NCBI GenBank assembly: GCA_963977845.1
Contig: CAXBPZ010000001.1
Coordinates: forward strand, 45,028 to 109,027
Length of the DNA: 64,000 bases
Source of the DNA: an uncultured Methylophilaceae bacterium
GTDB taxonomy: Bacteria > Pseudomonadota > Gammaproteobacteria > Burkholderiales > Methylophilaceae
Reading direction: 5' to 3'
Shown one piece after another: positions 62,626 to 64,000 of this stretch. The notes beneath the pieces were generated by a model. That model had not been told where the DNA came from and searched no databases. It saw only the letters and a list, made by a program, of their open reading frames with translations. Within the stretch, counting starts at the first letter, position 1, and the number at the start of each line of letters is the position of its first letter. Made by a program: the position numbers and the translations under genes.

Positions 62626-63562
62626 AATGATCAAATCCTTTAGGGTTAAATTTGATTGATTTACCTTGCTCACTTAATATATTTAGAGCCTTTTTCTTTG
62701 TGATGTTGCCGATCATAGTGACAGGCGTGTTTGTTTTTTTTGCAATTTTTTTGATAAAAGGCCTATTTTTTTTAGCTGCCGTAAATAGCAGCTCATAATC
62801 ATCGCCACCATTCAATACAAATTGATATTGTTTTGATGTGTGAATAAACTTTTCACATGGTATGTCATTTAGTAAAAGAGAGGCACCCACTTTTGATGCT
62901 TTTAAAATGTGCCTTAAATCTTGAATAAGGCCATCAGAAATATCAATACAACTATTTGCGTAGCGAGATAAATAAGAGCCCAAAAATGTTTTTGGGGTAG
63001 GTATCTCAAGCGCTCTTATGCATTTCATTTTTATACGTGGCGGGAGTTTTAATTGGCCTTGAAGATTTGCTAAACCCATAGATGCAAGACCTAATTGACC
63101 CGTTACCCAAATATCGTCATTAATTTTTGCACCAGATCTTAATAAAGCTTCATCTTTTTTGCTTTCACCCATAATAGTAATTGAAATACTAAGCGGTCCT
63201 TTCGTAGTGTCGCCACCAATAAGATCAATGCCAAATTTGTCTGCGCACTCAAAGAAGCCTTTTGAAAATTTTTTAAGCCAAGCATGATTTATTTTGGGAA
63301 GTGATATTGATAAAGTGGCCCACTTTGGAGTAGCGCCCATTGCTGCAATATCAGATAAATTAACTGCTAATGATTTCCAGCCTAAATGAGATGGGTTTGT
63401 ATTTTTTAGAAAGTGAATATTTTCAATAAGCATGTCAGAAGAAATGGCTAACTGATAATTATTTCGAACATGAATCATTGCTGCATCATCGCCAACACCT
63501 AAAGCAGTTTGTTTCATTTTTTTCTTAAAATACCGTTCAATAATTTCAAATTCAGAAGTCAT
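62618..63562 (-). CDS. thiL: Thiamine-monophosphate kinase
   Basis: EFEIIERYF, GVGDDAA, AVNLSDIAAMG, GGDT, CIDISDGL, GGDDYELLF motifs. Confidence 0.96.
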   Translation of the reverse strand: MTSEFEIIERYFKKKMKQTALGVGDDAAMIHVRNNYQLAISSDMLIENIHFLKNTNPSHLGWKSLAVNLSDIAAMGATPKWATLSISLPKINHAWLKKFSKGFFECADKFGIDLIGGDTTKGPLSISITIMGESKKDEALLRSGAKINDDIWVTGQLGLASMGLANLQGQLKLPPRIKMKCIRALEIPTPKTFLGSYLSRYANSCIDISDGLIQDLRHILKASKVGASLLLNDIPCEKFIHTSKQYQFVLNGGDDYELLFTAAKKNRPFIKKIAKKTNTPVTMIGNITKKKALNILSEQGKSIKFNPKGFDHFA

Positions 63563-63564
63563 AA

Positions 63565-64000
63565 TTATTTTGCTTTAGGCCTAAAAGCCTTCACAATATT
63601 TTCATGGGTTTCAATAGAAGGCCCATTTAAAAGATCAATGCAATAAGGTACTGCTGCAAAAATACCATGAACCATTATTTCACCTTGATCATTTTTTAAG
63701 CCTTCTAGTGTTTGGGCAATAGATTTTGGCTGACCAGGCAAATTGATGATAAGGGTATTTTTTCTAACAACTGCAACTTGTCTCGACAGAATTGCAGTTG
63801 GAACAAAATGTAAACTGATTTGACGCATTTGTTCGCCAAAGCCAGGCATCTCCCGATCTGCGATCGCTAAAGTTGCTTCAGGGGTTACATCTCTTAAAGC
63901 AGGCCCTGTGCCACCTGTTGTAAAAACCAAATCACATGATTCGATATCCACAAAATCAATTAATGTAGATTCAATTAGAGTTTTTTCATCAGGAATAATT
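63565..64000 (-). CDS. mog: Molybdopterin adenylyltransferase, 3' part (5'-truncated by window edge)
   Basis: Frame open to the window end (IIPDEKTLIE...); TTGGTGPA.RDVTPEAT, MPGFGEQMR, ILSRQVA, NLPGQPK motifs. Confidence 0.92.
   Translation of the reverse strand, partial: IIPDEKTLIESTLIDFVDIESCDLVFTTGGTGPALRDVTPEATLAIADREMPGFGEQMRQISLHFVPTAILSRQVAVVRKNTLIINLPGQPKSIAQTLEGLKNDQGEIMVHGIFAAVPYCIDLLNGPSIETHENIVKAFRPKAK

Overview
A 64 kb stretch of core chromosome from a low-GC, very compact (streamlined) betaproteobacterium. The gene content, order and overlapping or abutting genes best fit a small-genome Methylophilaceae such as Ca. Methylopumilus or OM43; this is an inference. It holds the distal dcw cluster (murD-ftsW-murG-murC-murB-ddl-ftsQ-ftsA-ftsZ-lpxC), cca, argA-argB, rsmE, tkt-gap-pgk-purC, an H+-pyrophosphatase, dciA/M23/secA, rsxABCDGE-nth, dapA-bamC, ycfD, pyrD, clpSA, tgt-yajC-secDF, pssA-leuA, ffh, four tRNAs, a Kdo hydroxylase, and mog-thiL-pgpA-cinA-recA-recX-alaS-lysC. 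I saw no mobile elements, CRISPR arrays or rRNA. Main oddities: (1) N-acetylglutamate synthase (ArgA) fused in frame to an N-terminal XRE/Cro helix-turn-helix, with a perfect inverted repeat just upstream, i.e. a candidate arginine-sensing enzyme-regulator; (2) a tandem tRNA-Arg pair identical except at the wobble base (ACG vs UCG); (3) a Kdo hydroxylase wedged between tRNA 3' ends behind an FNR-consensus box; (4) a GAPDH with GapB-like NADP-specificity substitutions; (5) three small ORFs missing from the ORF track; (6) a recX whose conserved N-terminus lacks a canonical start codon.
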